DNA of 63,937 bases, filler included, from Candidatus Woesearchaeota archaeon (GTDB lineage Archaea > Nanobdellota > Nanobdellia > Woesearchaeales > J072): the NCBI GenBank assembly GCA_003695265.1. It is 8 parts of 8 records of this genome, joined end to end, with 100 filler letters (N's around TTAATTAATTAA, not from the genome) between each part and the next. Parts side by side here need not be neighbours in the genome. Positions count along the whole stretch, not along the records: positions 59,042 to 63,937 come from RFII01000004.1; 7 more parts are not named here. One strand, 5' to 3'. The notes under the pieces are model-generated. The model saw only the letters and a list, made by a program, of their open reading frames with translations, was not told the DNA's origin and made no database searches. Shown one piece after another: positions 61,941-63,937 of this stretch. The position numbers and the translations under genes were made by a program. Each line of letters opens with the position of its first letter. Position 1 is the stretch's first letter.

Positions 61941-62765
61941 ATGGATGATGATTATTACAAATTTGAATTAAAGCACATTTTTTTTGCTGCAGTTGGCGCA
62001 CTAATAATAATAGGGGCCCTTGTTTTCTTCCCTGCGGGAAACAAGGAGGGTATTGGCCTTGCTGGAACAGGTGAAGGCGTAACTGGCAGAGCAGTGTTGA
62101 ATGCTGAAAACCTCAATGATATTACTAAAACAAGAGAGGAGTACTACAGCATGTTCCAGTGCTCCTGCTGCGGCAGACCGATAAGTGCTGAGTGCTGCGG
62201 AATGGCCAAGCAAAGAAAAGAGTACCTTGACAGCCTTTTGTTAAAAGGCACTGGAGAAAAAGATGTTCTGTACGAAATGGTCAAGAAATTTGGCTTTGAC
62301 GTTCTTATGGACCAGTCAAGAGAGCAGGAAGTCAGGGATTATATTAAGAGCAGGTCTCCTGAAAACCCTCCAAGAATTGAGGTTGAGCCTGCAAAGCACG
62401 ACTTCGGAACAATAAGCCAGTCTGAGGGGAACATTTCAACTGATTTCACAATAAAAAATTCTGGGAAGAGTGACCTTGTAATAGAAAACCTAGACACTTC
62501 ATGCATGTGCACTACAGCAAGTCTTATTTATGATGGAAAAGAAAGCCCTGTTTTTGGCATGAGCATGCACGGCAACAACCCAGAGAATTTTGAATTAAGG
62601 ATACCTCCAGGAGAAACAGCTGTCCTGAGAGTGTATTACAATCCAATGGCTCATGGCATACAGAAAAAGCCGGAAGCTAGGATAATAAGGGAAGTCACAA
62701 TAATATCAAACGACCCTGTTGATTTTCAGAAAAAAGTAAGGATTGAGCTCACCCAGACACCCTAA
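61941..62765 (+). CDS. Membrane-anchored protein with Cys-cluster domain and DUF1573 domain
   Basis: CSCCGRPISAECCGMA; HDFGTI...KNSG...DTSCMCT...MSMHG...SNDP. Confidence 0.8.
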   Translation: MDDDYYKFELKHIFFAAVGALIIIGALVFFPAGNKEGIGLAGTGEGVTGRAVLNAENLNDITKTREEYYSMFQCSCCGRPISAECCGMAKQRKEYLDSLLLKGTGEKDVLYEMVKKFGFDVLMDQSREQEVRDYIKSRSPENPPRIEVEPAKHDFGTISQSEGNISTDFTIKNSGKSDLVIENLDTSCMCTTASLIYDGKESPVFGMSMHGNNPENFELRIPPGETAVLRVYYNPMAHGIQKKPEARIIREVTIISNDPVDFQKKVRIELTQTP

Positions 62766-63376
62766 TGATGAATAATGATGTAATGATGGAAGAAAAACAG
62801 CTTACCCTGACAAAAGCACAGAAAAGAAAGCTGAAGAAAGAGATAAAGAGAAAAGAAAAGGAAAGGATAAGGGCTGAAAGGGAAAGGCAGAGAAAAATCA
62901 GGAACCTAAAAAAGTACGGCGCAACAATCATCATTGTTATAATCATTGCTGCTTTCTTTTATTGGAAATCATTGCCGCCTAAAAACGCTTCGATAATAGA
63001 AGTCAGCCCGAAAACATATAATTTTGGAACTGTGAGCCAGGCAAAAGGCGTTGTGAGCGGAATAGTAAAAGTGAAGAATATTGGGAATGAAGACTTAATA
63101 ATCAACAACATGGACACTTCGTGCGGGTGCACCTCAGCTGCCATGATATACAATGGAGTTGAAGGGCCGAGGTTCAGCATGTCAATGCACGGCACAAACC
63201 CGAAAGACTGGAGCTTAGCAATACCCTCTGGAAAAACCGCTGAACTTAAGATTTATTATGACCCAAATGTCCATAAAGACTTGAGAGGGCCTGTAACGAG
63301 GTCTGTGTCCTTATTTTCTAACGATCCTAAGCATAAGAACACAGAAGTAAGGATAAACGTCAACCAGGTTGATTGA
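62765..63376 (+). CDS. Membrane-anchored DUF1573 protein
   Basis: YNFGTV...KNIG...DTSCGCT...MSMHG...SNDP. Confidence 0.85.
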   Translation: MMNNDVMMEEKQLTLTKAQKRKLKKEIKRKEKERIRAERERQRKIRNLKKYGATIIIVIIIAAFFYWKSLPPKNASIIEVSPKTYNFGTVSQAKGVVSGIVKVKNIGNEDLIINNMDTSCGCTSAAMIYNGVEGPRFSMSMHGTNPKDWSLAIPSGKTAELKIYYDPNVHKDLRGPVTRSVSLFSNDPKHKNTEVRINVNQVD

Positions 63377-63388
63377 GGTGAAACAAGC

Positions 63389-63937
63389 ATGAGAAGAGGA
63401 TTAATGACTGCCATGTTTTTCATTCTAGCTGCCGTTGTTGCGGCTTGCTCTAGCAATACTAGCGCTCCCAGAATAGAGTTAAGCGCTGATTCTTTCGACT
63501 TAGGAGATATAAACCCTGATAATGGGATAAGGACAGAAACCTTCTTTGTTAAAAACACAGGAGAAATGCCCCTGAAAATCGAGTCAGTAAGCACTTCGTG
63601 CGGATGCACAGAGGCAGAAGTGGAGTCAGAAGAAATAGCTCCTGGAAGCCAGACAAAGCTAACAGTCAGCTATGATCCTTCAGTACACCCCGGGCTTACA
63701 GGCAGGATTAAGCGGATTGTTTATATCAAAAGCAACGACCCATTAAATGAGGAAGTTGAGCTTGAGCTCACAGGCAACATGCTTCCATCCAGCACAGGTG
63801 AAAATGATTCAGAAGAAAAAGAAGAAGGACCTGAGGATCATGACGAGGAGTATGAAGGCCTGCTGAAAGATTTTGAGATATCGCCGCCAGCATTATATGA
63901 GAAAATCAAAGAAGGAGAAAACTTCAAGCTTTTGGAT
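63389..63937 (+). CDS. DUF1573 putative lipoprotein, probably followed by a rhodanese domain; runs off the window
   Basis: Read manually: MRRGLMTAMFFILAAVVAACSS...STSCGCT...SNDP...EISPPALYEKIKEGENFKLLD; GAGGTGA SD. Confidence 0.78.
   Translation, partial: MRRGLMTAMFFILAAVVAACSSNTSAPRIELSADSFDLGDINPDNGIRTETFFVKNTGEMPLKIESVSTSCGCTEAEVESEEIAPGSQTKLTVSYDPSVHPGLTGRIKRIVYIKSNDPLNEEVELELTGNMLPSSTGENDSEEKEEGPEDHDEEYEGLLKDFEISPPALYEKIKEGENFKLLD

Overview
This window is eight contig pieces of an archaeal draft genome, joined by seven artificial 100-nt spacers (N-run, TTAATTAATTAA, N-run), so genes on opposite sides of a spacer are not neighbours. Archaeal ribosomal proteins (L21e, L15e, L31e, L39e, S19e), RpoF, GatDE, Cdc48, Lhr, EndoQ, TATA-box promoters and large N-glycosylation-rich surface proteins point to a DPANN archaeon, most likely Woesearchaeota-like (inference). 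Several bacterial-type genes are present: groESL, lgt, fabF, a MetK-like gene and bshA/bshB-like genes. The best candidate for an undescribed system is a three-gene operon at 19048-22032: a BshA-like glycosyltransferase, a BshB-like deacetylase, and an ATP-grasp ligase where BshC would be expected. This suggests a bacillithiol-like metabolite made by a different ligation step. Other highlights are: a PolB derivative with intact exonuclease motifs but degenerate polymerase motifs; a MetK homologue with rewired active-site motifs; a SpeD-deoxyhypusine synthase fusion; lgt next to a lipobox protein; a ~90-bp element repeated at nearly the same distance upstream of two ribosomal-protein promoters; a dCache-DUF835-HTH sensor facing three DUF1573 proteins; and a structured RNA-like segment with a tRNA-like 3' end. 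No CRISPR array, rRNA or transposase was seen. All family calls come from manual motif recognition; no database search was run.
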